Origin: Auanema rhodensis | Lineage: Eukaryota; Animalia; Nematoda | Reading direction: 5' to 3' | Length of the DNA: 64,000 nucleotides | NCBI GenBank assembly: GCA_964057225.1 | Contig: OZ059900.1 | Location: forward strand, 2,604,001 to 2,668,000 | Shown here: positions 41,601-55,608 of the stretch, piece by piece | Layout of the letters: every line of letters starts with the position of its first letter | Position numbering within the stretch: the stretch's first letter is position 1 | The notes under the pieces: generated by a model | What the model was told of the DNA's origin: nothing | What the model saw: only the letters and a program-made list of their open reading frames with translations | Databases searched by the model: none | Program-made: the position numbers and the translations under genes

Positions 41601-44600
41601 TGGTCGTTTTTATGCCTTTAACACCATATACTCACCGATTTTTGGTACAAAATCTGTAATACTCGTAAATTTTGATCATATTCGGTGAGATTTGAGAATC
41701 AAACACACAATACACGAAATAAGTTTATTTTGACGAGTTTGCACTGGTATTTATTCATTTTGATCAAAAAAGGTCGAAAATAGAAAGAATTTTTGAATTT
41801 TCCGAGTTTTGAGTCCAATTGGGCTAAATCGCTCATATATATGATCAAAAGCATAGTTTTACTGTCTATGATAACAAAAGTCTTCAAACATACACTAATA
41901 ATGATTGAATCACTGAATTTCACTCAAATAGCTTTACTACACTAAGTATGGTCGTTTTTATGCCTTTAACACCATATACTCACCGATTTTTGGTACAAAA
42001 TCTGTAATACTCGTAAATTTTGATCATATCCGTTAAGATTCGAGAATCAAACACACAATACACGAAATAAGTTTATTTTTACGAGTTTGCACTGATATTT
42101 ATTCATTTTGATCAAAAAAGGTCGAAAATAGAAAGAATTTTTGAAATTTCCGAGTTTTGAGTCTAATTTGGCTAAATCGCTCATATATATGATCAGAAGC
42201 ATAGGTGTATTGTCTATGACAACAAAAGTCATTAATTAAACACTAATGATGTTTAAATCACTAAATTTCGCTCTAATAGCATTACTACACTAAGTATGGT
42301 CGTTTTTATACCTTCAACACCATATACTCACCGATTTTTGGTACAAAATCTGTGATACTCGTAAATTTTGATCATATTCGTTAAGATTTGAGAATCAAAC
42401 ACACAATACACAATATCAGTCTATTTTTATGAGCTTGCACTGATATATATTCATTTTGATCAAAAAAGGTCGAAAACAGAAAGAATTTTTGAAATTTCCG
42501 AGTTTTGAGTCTAATTTGGCTAAATCGCTCATATATATGATCAGAAGCATAGTTTTATTGTCTATGACAACAAAAATCATCAATTAAACGCTAGTGATGT
42601 TTAAATACTGATTTTCGCTCAAATAGCATTACTACACTAAGTATGGTCGTTTTTATGCCTTTAACACCATATACTCACCGATTTTTGGTACAAAATCTGT
42701 AATACTCGTAAAATTTGATCATATTTGTTAAGATTTGAGAATCAAACACACAATACACAAAATCAGTCTATTTTTATGAGTTTACACTGATATATATTCA
42801 TTTTCATCAAAAAAGGTCGAAAATAGAAAGAATTTTTGAATTTTCCGAGTTTTGAGTCGAATTGGGCTAAATCGCTCATATATATGATCAAAAGCATAAT
42901 TTTACTGTCTATGATAACAAAAGTCTTCAAATATACACTAATAATGATTAAATCACTGAATTTCACTCAAATAGCATTACTACACTAAGTATGGTCGTTT
43001 TTATGCCTTTAACACCATATACTCACCGATTTTTGGTACAAAATCTGTAATACTTGTAAATTTTGATCATATTTGTTAAGATTCGAGAATCAAACACATA
43101 ATACACAAAATAAGTCTATTTTTACAAGTTTGCACTGATATTTATTCATTTTGATCAAAAAAGGTCGAAAATAGAAAGAATTTTTGAAATTTCCGAGTTT
43201 TGAGTCCAATTTGGCTAAATCGCTCATATATATGATCAAAAGCATAGTTTTATTGTCTATAACAACAAAAGTCATCAATTAAACGCTAGTGATGTTTAAA
43301 TACTGAATTTCGCTCAAATAGCATTACTACACTAAGTATGGTCGTTTTTATGCCTTTAACACCATATACTCACCGATTTTTGGTACAAAATCTGTAATAC
43401 TCGTAAATTTTGATCATATTCGTTAAGATTTGAGAATCAAACATACAATACACAAAATCAGTCTATTTTTATGAGCTTGCACTGATATATATTCATTTTG
43501 ATCAAAAAAGGTCGAAAATAGAAAGAATTTTTGAAATTTCCGAGTTTTGAGTCTAATTTGGCTAAATCGCTCATATATATGATCAAAAGCATAGTTTTAT
43601 TGTCTATGACAACAAAAGTCATCAATTAAACGCTAGTGATGTTTAAATACTGAATTTCGCTCAAATAGCATTACTACACTAAGTATGGTCGTTTTTATGC
43701 CTTTAACACCATATACTCACCGATTTTTGGTACAAAATCTGTAATACTCGTAAATTTTGATCATATTCGGTGAGATTTGAGAATCAAACACACAATACAC
43801 GAAATAAGTTTATTTTGACGAGTTTGCACTGGTATTTATTCATTTTGATCAAAAAAGGTCGAAAATAGAAAGAATTTTTGAATTTTCCGAGTTTTGAGTC
43901 CAATTGGGCTAAATCGCTCATATATATGATCAAAAGCATAGTTTTACTGTCTATGATAACAAAAGTCTTCAAATATACACTAATAATGATTGAATCACTG
44001 AATTTCACTCAAATAGCATTACTACACTAAGTATGGTCGTTTTTATGCCTTTAACACCATATACTCACCGATTTTTGGTACAAAATCTGTAATACTCGTA
44101 AATTTTGATCATATTCGTTAAGATTTGAGAATCAAACATACAATACACAAAATCAGTCTATTTTTATGAGCTTGCACTGATATATATTCATTTTGATCAA
44201 AAAAGGTCGAAAATAGAAAGAATTTTTGAAATTTCCGAGTTTTGAGTCTAATTTGGCTAAATCGCTCATATATATGATCAAAAGCATAGTTTTACTGTCT
44301 ATGATAACAAAAGTCTTCAAATATACACTAATAATGTGTAAATCACTGAATTTCACTCAAATAGCTTTACTACACTAAGTATGGTCGTTTTTATGCCTTT
44401 AACACCATATACTCACCGATTTTTGGTACAAAATCTGTTATACTCGTAAATTTTGATCATATTCGTTAAGATTCGAGAATCAAACACACAATACACGAAA
44501 TAAGTTTATTTTTACGAGTTTGCACTGATATTTATTCATTTTGATCAAAAAAGGTCGAAAATAGAAAGAATTTTTGAATTTTCCGAGTTTTGAGTCCAAT

Positions 44601-47400
44601 TGGGCTAAATCGCTCATATATATGATCAAAAGCATAGTTTCACTGTCTATGATAACAAAAGTCTTCAAATATACACTAGTAATGATTAAATCACTGAATT
44701 TCACTCAAATAGCTTTACTACACTAAGTATGGTCGTTTTTATGCCTTTAACACCATATACTCACCGATTTTTGGTACAAAATCTGTAATACTCGTAAATT
44801 TTGATCATATCCGTTAAGATTCGAGAATCAAACACACAATACACGAAATAAGTTTATTTTTACGAGTTTGCACTGATATTTATTCATTTTGATCAAAAAA
44901 GGTCGAAAATAGAAAGAATTTTTGAAATTTCCGAGTTTTGAGTCTAATTTGGCTAAATCGCTCATATATATGATCAGAAGCATAGGTGTATTGTCTATGA
45001 CAACAAAAGTCATTAATTAAACACTAATGATGTTTAAATCACTAAATTTCGCTCTAATAGCATTACTACACTAAGTATGGTCGTTTTTATACCTTCAACA
45101 CCATATACTCACCGATTTTTGGTACAAAATCTGTGATACTCGTAAATTTTGATCATATTCGTTAAGATTTGAGAATCAAACACACAATACACAATATCAG
45201 TCTATTTTTATGAGCTTGCACTGATATATATTCATTTTGATCAAAAAAGGTCGAAAACAGAAAGAATTTTTGAAATTTCCGAGTTTTGAGTCTAATTTGG
45301 CTAAATCGCTCATTTATATGATCAAAAGAATAGTTTTATTGTCTATGACAACAAAAGTCATCAATTAAACGCTAGTGATGTTTAAATACTGAATTTCGCT
45401 CAAATAGCATTACTACACTAAGTATGGTCGTTTTTATGCCTTTAACACCATATACTCACCGATTTTTGGTACAAAATCTGTGATACTCGTAAATTTTGAT
45501 CATATTCGTTACGATTTGAGAATCAAACACACAATACACAATATCAGTCTATTTTTATGAGTTTACACTGATATATATTCATTTTCATCAAAAAAGGTCG
45601 AAAATAGAAAGAATTTTTGAATTTTCCGAGTTTTGAGTCGAATTGGGCTAAATCGCTCATTTATATGATCAAAAGAATAGTTTCATTGTCTATGACAACA
45701 AAAGTCATCAATTAAACGCTAGTGATGTTTAAATACTGAATTTCGCTCAAATAGCATTACTACACTAAGTATGGTCGTTTTTATGCCTTTAACACCATAT
45801 ACTCACCGATTTTTGGTACAAAATCTGTAATACTTGTAAATTTTGATCATATTTGTTAAGATTCGAGAATCAAACACATAATACACGAAATAAGTCTATT
45901 TTTACAAGTTTGCACTGATATTTATTCATTTTGATCAAAAAAGGTCGAAAATAGAAAGAATTTTTGAAATTTCCGAGTTTTGAGTCCAATTTGGCTAAAT
46001 CGCTCATATATAAGATCAAAAGCATAGTTTTATTGTCTATAACAACAAAAGTCATCAATTAAATGCTAGTGATGTTTAAATACTGAATTTCGCTCAAATA
46101 GCATTACTACACTAAGTATGGTCGTTTTTATGCCTTTAACACCATATACTCACCGATTTTTGGTACAAAATCTGTAATACTCGTAAATTTTGATCATATT
46201 CGTTAAGATTTGAGAATCAATCATACAATACACAAAATCAGTCTATTTTTATGAGCTTGCACTGATATATATTCATTTTGATCAAAAAAGGTCGAAAATA
46301 GAAAGAATTTTTGAAATTTCCGAGTTTTGAGTCTAATTTGGCTAAATCGCTCATATATATGATCAGAAGCATAGGTGTATTGTCTATGACAACAAAAATC
46401 ATTAATTAAACACTAATGATGTTTAAATCACTAAATTTCGCTCTAATAGCATTACTACACTAAGTATGGTCGTTTTTATGCCTTTAACACCATATACTCA
46501 CCGATTTTTGGTACAAAATCTGTAATACTCGTAAATTTTGATCATATTCGTTAAGATTTGAGAATCAAACACACAATACACAAAGTCAGTCTATTTTTAT
46601 GAGCTTGCACTGATATATATTCATTTTGATCAAAAAAGGTCGAAAATAGAAAGAATTTTTGAAATTTCCGAGTTTTGAGTCTAATTTGGCTAAATCGCTC
46701 ATATATATGATCAAAAGCATAGTTTTACTGTCTATGATAACAAAAGTCTTCAAATATACACTAATAATGATTAAATCACTGAATTTCACTCAAATAGCAT
46801 TACTACACTAAGTATGGTCGTTTTTATGCCTTTAACACCATATACTCACCGATTTTTGGTACAAAATCTGTAATACTTGTAAATTTTGATCATATTTGTT
46901 AAGATTCGAGAATCAAACACATAATACACAAAATAAGTCTATTTTTACAAGTTTGCACTGATATTTATTCATTTTGATCAAAAAAGGTCGAAAATAGAAA
47001 GAATTTTTGAAATTTCCGAGTTTTGAGTCCAATTTGGCTAAATCGCTCATATATATGATCAAAAGCATAGTTTTATTGTCTATAACAACAAAAGTCATCA
47101 ATTAAACGCTAGTGATGTTTAAATACTGAATTTCGCTCAAATAGCATTACTACACTAAGTATGGTCGTTTTTATGCCTTTAACACCATATACTCACCGAT
47201 TTTTGGTACAAAATCTGTAATACTCGTAAATTTTGATCATATTCGTTAAGATTTGAGAATCAAACATACAATACACAAAATCAGTCTATTTTTATGAGCT
47301 TGCACTGATATATATTCATTTTGATCAAAAAAGGTCGAAAATAGAAAGAATTTTTGAAATTTCCGAGTTTTGAGTCTAATTTGGCTAAATCGCTCATATA
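35600..47400. repeat. ~4.8-kb block duplicated at 20-monomer offset (6951 bp): ~35.6-40.4 kb vs ~42.5-47.4 kb
   Basis: Nine ORFs (35812 to 39962) recur at +6951 = 20x347+11. Shared rare variants include ctgttatact, tatccgtt, gttacgattt and aaatgctag. Confidence 0.9.
39270..41500. repeat. 3-monomer tandem HOR (1043 bp), 2 copies
   Basis: Offsets 39635->40678 and 39962->41005 are 1043 = 3x347+2. Markers caaagtcag and gattgaatc are shared. Confidence 0.85.
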
Positions 47401-50400
47401 TATGATCAAAAGCATAGTTTTATTGTCTATGACAACAAAAGTCATCAATTAAACGCTAGTGATGTTTAAATACTGAATTTCGCTCAAACAGCATTACTAC
47501 ACTAAGTATGGTCGTTTTTATGCCTTTAACACCATATACTCACCGATTTTTGGTACAAAATCTGTAATACTCGTAAATTTTGATCATATTCGGTGAGATT
47601 TGAGAATCAAACACACAATACACGAAATAAGTTTATTTTGACGAGTTTGCACTGGTATTTATTCATTTTGATCAAAAAAGGTCGAAAATAGAAAGAATTT
47701 TTGAATTTTCCGAGTTTTGAGTCCAATTGGGCTAAATCGCTCATATATATGATCAAAAGCATAGTTTTACTGTCTATGATAACAAAAGTCTTCAAACATA
47801 CACTAATAATGATTGAATCACTGAATTTCACTCAAATAGCATTACTACACTAAGTATGGTCGTTTTTATGCCTTTAACACCATATACTCACCGATTTTTG
47901 GTACAAAATCTGTAATACTCGTAAATTTTGATCATATTCGTTAAGATTTGAGAATCAAACATACAATACACAAAATCAGTCTATTTTTATGAGCTTGCAC
48001 TGATATATATTCATTTTGATCAAAAAAGGTCGAAAATAGAAAGAATTTTTGAAATTTCCGAGTTTTGAGTCTAATTTGGCTAAATCGCTCATATATATGA
48101 TCAAAAGCATAGTTTTATTGTCTATGACAACAAAAGTCATCAATTAAACGCTAGTGATGTTTAAATACTGAATTTCGCTCAAATAGCATTACTACACTAA
48201 GTATGGTCGTTTTTATGCCTTTAACACCATATACTCACCGATTTTTGGTACAAAATCTGTAATACTCGTAAATTTTGATCATATTCGGTGAGATTCGAGA
48301 ATCAAACACACAATACACGAAATAAGTTTATTTTGACGAGTTTGCACTGGTATTTATTCATTTTGATCAAAAAAGGTCGAAAATAGAAAGAATTTTTGAA
48401 TTTTCCGAGTTTTGAGTCCAATTGGGCTAAATCGCTCATATATATGATCAAAAGCATAGTTTTACTGTCTATGATAACAAAAGTCTTCAAATATACACTA
48501 ATAATGATTGAATCACTGAATTTCACTCAAATAGCATTACTACACTAAGTATGGTCGTTTTTATGCCTTTAACACCATATACTCACCGATTTTTGGTACA
48601 AAATCTGTGATACTCGTAAATTTTGATCATATTCGGTGAGATTCGAGAATCGAACACACAATACACAAAATAAGTCTATTTTTACGAGTTTGCACTGATA
48701 TTTATTCATTTTGATCAAAAAAGGTCGAAAATAGAAAGAATTTTTGAAATTTCCGAGTTTTGAGTCTAATTTGGCTAAATCGCTCATATATATGATCAAA
48801 AGCATAGTTTTACTGTCTATGATAACAAAAGTCTTCAAATATACACTAATAATGTGTAAATCACTGAATTTCACTCAAATAGCTTTACTACACTAAGTAT
48901 GGTCGTTTTTATGCCTTTAACACCATATACTCACCGATTTTTGGTACAAAATCTGTTATACTCGTAAATTTTGATCATATTCGTTAAGATTCGAGAATCA
49001 AACACACAATACACGAAATAAGTTTATTTTTACGAGTTTGCACTGATATTTATTCATTTTGATCAAAAAAGGTCGAAAATAGAAAGAATTTTTGAATTTT
49101 CCGAGTTTTGAGTCCAATTGGGCTAAATCGCTCATATATATGATCAAAAGCATAGTTTCACTGTCTATGATAACAAAAGTCTTCAAATATACACTAGTAA
49201 TGATTAAATCACTGAATTTCACTCAAATAGCTTTACTACACTAAGTATGGTCGTTTTTATGCCTTTAACACCATATACTCACCGATTTTTGGTACAAAAT
49301 CTGTAATACTCGTAAATTTTGATCATATCCGTTAAGATTCGAGAATGAAACACACAATACACGAAATAAGTTCATTTTTACGAGTTTGCACTGATATTTA
49401 TTCATTTTGATCAAAAAAGGTCGAAAATAGAAAGAATTTTTGAAATTTCCGAGTTTTGAGTCTAATTTGGCTAAATCGCTCATATATATGATCAGAAGCA
49501 TAGGTGTATTGTCTATGACAACAAAAGTCATTAATTAAACACTAATGATGTTTAAATCACTAAATTTCGCTCTAATAGCATTACTACACTAACTATGGTC
49601 GTTTTTATACCTTCAACACCATATACTCACCGATTTTTGGTACAAAATCTGTGATACTCGTAAATTTTGATCATATTCGTTAAGATTTGAGAATCAAACA
49701 CACAATACACAATATCAGTCTATTTTTATGAGCTTGCACTGATATATATTCATTTTGATCAAAAAAGGTCGAAAACAGAAAGAATTTTTGAAATTTCCGA
49801 GTTTTGAGTCTAATTTGGCTAAATCGCTCATTTATATGATCAAAAGAATAGTTTTATTGTCTATGACAACAAAAGTCATCAATTAAACGCTAGTGATGTT
49901 TAAATACTGAATTTCGCTCAAATAGCATTACTACACTAAGTATGGTCGTTTTTATGCCTTTAACACCATATACTCACCGATTTTTGGTACAAAATCTGTG
50001 ATACTCGTAAATTTTGATCATATTCGTTAAGATTTGAGAATCAAACACACAATACACAATATCAGTCTATTTTTATGAGTTTACACTGATATATATTCAT
50101 TTTCATCAAAAAAGGTCGAAAATAGAAAGAATTTTTGAATTTTCCGAGTTTTGAGTCGAATTGGGCTAAATCGCTCATTTATATGATCAAAAGAATAGTT
50201 TCATTGTCTATGACAACAAAAGTCATCAATTAAACGCTAGTGATGTTTAAATACTGAATTTCGCTCAAATAGCATTACTACACTAAGTATGGTCGTTTTT
50301 ATGCCTTTAACACCATATACTCACCGATTTTTGGTACAAAATCTGTAATACTTGTAAATTTTGATCATATTTGTTAAGATTCGAGAATCAAACACATAAT

Positions 50401-51200
50401 ACACGAAATAAGTCTATTTTTACAAGTTTGCACTGATATTTATTCATTTTGATCAAAAAAGGTCGAAAATAGAAAGAATTTTTGAAATTTCCGAGTTTTG
50501 AGTCCAATTTGGCTAAATCGCTCATATATAAGATCAAAAGCATAGTTTTATTGTCTATAACAACAAAAGTCATCAATTAAACGCTAGTGATGTTTAAATA
50601 CTGAATTTCGCTCAAATAGCATTAATACACTAAGTATGGTCGTTTTTATGCCTTTAACACCATATACTCACCGATTTTTGGTACAAAATCTGTAATACTC
50701 GTAAATTTTGATCATATTCGTTAAGATTTGAGAATCAATCATACAATACACAAAATCAGTCTATTTTTATGAGCTTGCACTGATATATATTCATTTTGAT
50801 CAAAAAAGGTCGAAAATAGAAAGAATTTTTGAAATTTCCGAGTTTTGAGTCTAATTTGGCTAAATCGCTCATATATATGATCAGAAGCATAGGTGTATTG
50901 TCTATGACAACAAAAGTCATTAATTAAACACTAATGATGTTTAAATCACTAAATTTCGCTCTAATAGCATTACTACACTAAGTATGGTCGTTTTTATGCC
51001 TTTAACACCATATACTCACCGATTTTTGGTACAAAATCTGTAATACTCGTAAATTTTGATCATATTCGTTAAGATTTGAGAATCAAACACACAATACACA
51101 AAGTCAGTCTATTTTTATGAGCTTGCACTGATATATATTCATTTTGATCAAAAAAGGTCGAAAATAGAAAGAATTTTTGAAATTTCCGAGTTTTGAGTCT
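43300..51200. repeat. Third copy of the right-domain core block at 13-monomer offset (4518 bp): ~43.3-46.7 kb vs ~47.9-51.2 kb
   Basis: Offsets 43784->48302, 44480->48998 and 45870->50388 are 4518 = 13x347+7. This copy has several more differences than the 6951 pair. Confidence 0.85.
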
Positions 51201-54200
51201 AATTTGGCTAAATCGCTCATATATATGATCAGAAGCATAGGTGTATTGTCTATGACAACAAAAGTCATCAATTAAACGCTAGTGATGTTTTAATACTGAA
51301 TTTCGCTCAAATAGCATTACTACACTAAGTATGGTCGTTTTTATGCCTTTAACACCATATACTCACCGATTTTTGGTACAAAATCTGTAATACTCGTAAA
51401 TTTTGATCATATTCGTTAAGATTTGAGAATCAAACATACAATACACAAAATCAGTCTATTTTTATGAGCTTGCACTGATATATATTCATTTTGATCAAAA
51501 AAGGTCGAAAATAGAAAGAATTTTTGAAATTTCCGAGTTTTGAGTCTAATTTGGCTAAATCGCTCATATATATGATCAAAAGCATAGTTTTACTGTCTAT
51601 GATAACAAAAGTCTTCAAATATACACTAATAATGATTAAATCACTGAATTTCAGTCAAATAGCATTACTACACTAAGTATGGTCGTTTTTATGCCTTTAA
51701 CACCATATACTCACCGATTTTTGGTACAAAATCTGTAATACTCGTAAATTTTGATCATATTCGTTAAGATTTGAGAATCAAACATACAATACACAAAATC
51801 AGTCTATTTTTATGAGCTTGCACTGATATATATTCATTTTGATCAAAAAAGGTCGAAAATAGAAAGAATTTTTGAAATTTCCGAGTTTTGAGTCTAATTT
51901 GGCTAAATCGCTCATATATATGATCAGAAGCATAGGTGTATTGTCTATGACAACAAAAGTCATTAATTAAACACTAATGATGTTTAAATCACTAAATTTC
52001 GCTCTAATAGCATTACTACACTAAGTATGGTCGTTTTTATGCCTTTAACACCATATACTCACCGATTTTTGGTACAAAATCTGTAATACTCGTAAATTTT
52101 GATCATATTCGTTAAGATTTGAGAATCAAACACACAATACACAAAATCAGTCTATTTTTATGAGCTTGCACTGATATATATTCATTTTGATCAAAAAAGG
52201 TCGAAAATAGAAAGAATTTTTGAAATTTCCGAGTTTTGAGTCTAATTTGGCTAAATCGCTCATATATATGATCAGAAGCATAGGTGTATTGTCTATGACA
52301 ACAAAAGTCATCAATTAAACGCTAGTGATGTTTTAATACTGAATTTCGCTCAAATAGCATTACTACACTAAGTATGGTCGTTTTTATGCCTTTAACACCA
52401 TATACTCACCGATTTTTGGTACAAAATCTGTAATACTCGTAAATTTTGATCATATTCGTTAAGATTTGAGAATCAAACATACAATACACAAAATCAGTCT
52501 ATTTTTATGAGCTTGCACTGATATATATTCATTTTGATCAAAAAAGGTCGAAAATAGAAAGAATTTTTGAAATTTCCGAGTTTTGAGTCTAATTTGGCTA
52601 AATCGCTCATATATATGATCAGAAGCATAGGTGTATTGTCTATGACAACAAAAGTCATTAATTAAACACTAATGATGTTTAAATCACTAAATTTCGCTCT
52701 AATAGCATTACTACACTAAGTATGGTCGTTTTTATGCCTTTAACACCATATACTCACCGATTTTTGGTACAAAATCTGTGATACTCGTAAATTTTGATCA
52801 TATTCGTTAAGATTTGAGAATCAAACACACAATACACAATATCAGTCTATTTTTATGAGTTTACACTGATATATATTCATTTTCATCAAAAAAGGTCGAA
52901 AATAGAAAGAATTTTTGAATTTTCCGAGTTTTGAGTCGAATTGGGCTAAATCGCTCATTTATATGATCAAAAGAATAGTTTCATTGTCTATGACAACAAA
53001 AGTCATCAATTAAACGCTAGTGATGTTTAAATACTGAATTTCGCTCAAATAGCATTACTACACTAAGTATGGTCGTTTTTATGCCTTTAACACCATATAC
53101 TCACCGATTTTTGGTACAAAATCTGTAATACTTGTAAATTTTGATCATATTTGTTAAGATTCGAGAATCAAACACATAATACACGAAATAAGTCTATTTT
53201 TACAAGTTTGCACTGATATTTATTCATTTTGATCAAAAAAGGTCGAAAATAGAAAGAATTTTTGAAATTTCCGAGTTTTGAGTCCAATTTGGCTAAATCG
53301 CTCATATATAAGATCAAAAGCATAGTTTTATTGTCTATAACAACAAAAGTCATCAATTAAACGCTAGTGATGTTTAAATACTGAATTTCGCTCAAATAGC
53401 ATTAATACACTAAGTATGGTCGTTTTTATGCCTTTAACACCATATACTCACCGATTTTTGGTACAAAATCTGTAATACTCGTAAATTTTGATCATATTCG
53501 TTAAGATTTGAGAATCAATCATACAATACACAAAATCAGTCTATTTTTATGAGCTTGCACTGATATATATTCATTTTGATCAAAAAAGGTCGAAAATAGA
53601 AAGAATTTTTGAAATTTCCGAGTTTTGAGTCTAATTTGGCTAAATCGCTCATATATATGATCAGAAGCATAGGTGTATTGTCTATGACAACAAAAGTCAT
53701 TAATTAAACACTAATGATGTTTAAATCACTAAATTTCGCTCTAATAGCATTACTACACTAAGTATGGTCGTTTTTATGCCTTTAACACCATATACTCACC
53801 GATTTTTGGTACAAAATCTGTAATACTCGTAAATTTTGATCATATTCGTTAAGATTTGAGAATCAAACACACAATACACAAAGTCAGTCTATTTTTATGA
53901 GCTTGCACTGATATATATTCATTTTGATCAAAAAAGGTCGAAAATAGAAAGAATTTTTGAAATTTCCGAGTTTTGAGTCTAATTTGGCTAAATCGCTCAT
54001 ATATATGATCAGAAGCATAGGTGTATTGTCTATGACAACAAAAGTCATCAATTAAACGCTAGTGATGTTTTAATACTGAATTTCGCTCAAATAGCATTAC
54101 TACACTAAGTATGGTCGTTTTTATGCCTTTAACACCATATACTCACCGATTTTTGGTACAAAATCTGTAATACTCGTAAATTTTGATCATATTCGTTAAG

Positions 54201-55559
54201 ATTTGAGAATCAAACATACAATACACAAAATCAGTCTATTTTTATGAGCTTGCACTGATATATATTCATTTTGATCAAAAAAGGTCGAAAATAGAAAGAA
54301 TTTTTGAAATTTCCGAGTTTTGAGTCTAATTTGGCTAAATCGCTCATATATATGATCAAAAGCATAGTTTTACTGTCTATGATAACAAAAGTCTTCAAAT
54401 ATACACTAATAATGATTAAATCACTGAATTTCAGTCAAATAGCATTACTACACTAAGTATGGTCGTTTTTATGCCTTTAACACCATATACTCACCGATTT
54501 TTGGTACAAAATCTGTAATACTCGTAAATTTTGATCATATTCGTTAAGATTTGAGAATCAAACATACAATACACAAAATCAGTCTATTTTTATGAGCTTG
54601 CACTGATATATATTCATTTTGATCAAAAAAGGTCGAAAATAGAAAGAATTTTTGAAATTTCCGAGTTTTGAGTCTAATTTGGCTAAATCGCTCATATATA
54701 TGATCAGAAGCATAGGTGTATTGTCTATGACAACAAAAGTCATTAATTAAACACTAATGATGTTTAAATCACTAAATTTCGCTCTAATAGCATTACTACA
54801 CTAAGTATGGTCGTTTTTATGCCTTTAACACCATATACTCACCGATTTTTGGTACAAAATCTGTAATACTCGTAAATTTTGATCATATTCGTTAAGATTT
54901 GAGAATCAAACACACAATACACAAAATCAGTCTATTTTTATGAGCTTGCACTGATATATATTCATTTTGATCAAAAAAGGTCGAAAATAGAAAGAATTTT
55001 TGAAATTTCCGAGTTTTGAGTCTAATTTGGCTAAATCGCTCATATATATGATCAGAAGCATAGGTGTATTGTCTATGACAACAAAAGTCATCAATTAAAC
55101 GCTAGTGATGTTTTAATACTGAATTTCGCTCAAATAGCATTACTACACTAAGTATGGTCGTTTTTATGCCTTTAACACCATATACTCACCGATTTTTGGT
55201 ACAAAATCTGTAATACTCGTAAATTTTGATCATATTCGTTAAGATTTGAGAATCAAACATACAATACACAAAATCAGTCTATTTTTATGAGCTTGCACTG
55301 ATATATATTCATTTTGATCAAAAAAGGTCGAAAATAGAAAGAATTTTTGAAATTTCCGAGTTTTGAGTCTAATTTGGCTAAATCGCTCATATATATGATC
55401 AGAAGCATAGGTGTATTGTCTATGACAACAAAAGTCATTAATTAAACACTAATGATGTTTAAATCACTAAATTTCGCTCTAATAGCATTACTACACTAAG
55501 TATGGTCGTTTTTATGCCTTTAACACCATATACTCACCGATTTTTGGTACAAAATCTGT
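49921..55559. repeat. 8-monomer tandem HOR (2780 bp), 2 copies
   Basis: ORF offset 50388->53168 is 2780 = 8x347+4. The private variant attaatacac occurs at 50621 and 53401. Confidence 0.9.
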
Positions 55560-55608
55560 AATACTCGTAAATTTTGATCATATTCGTTAAGATTTGAGAA
55601 TCAAACAC

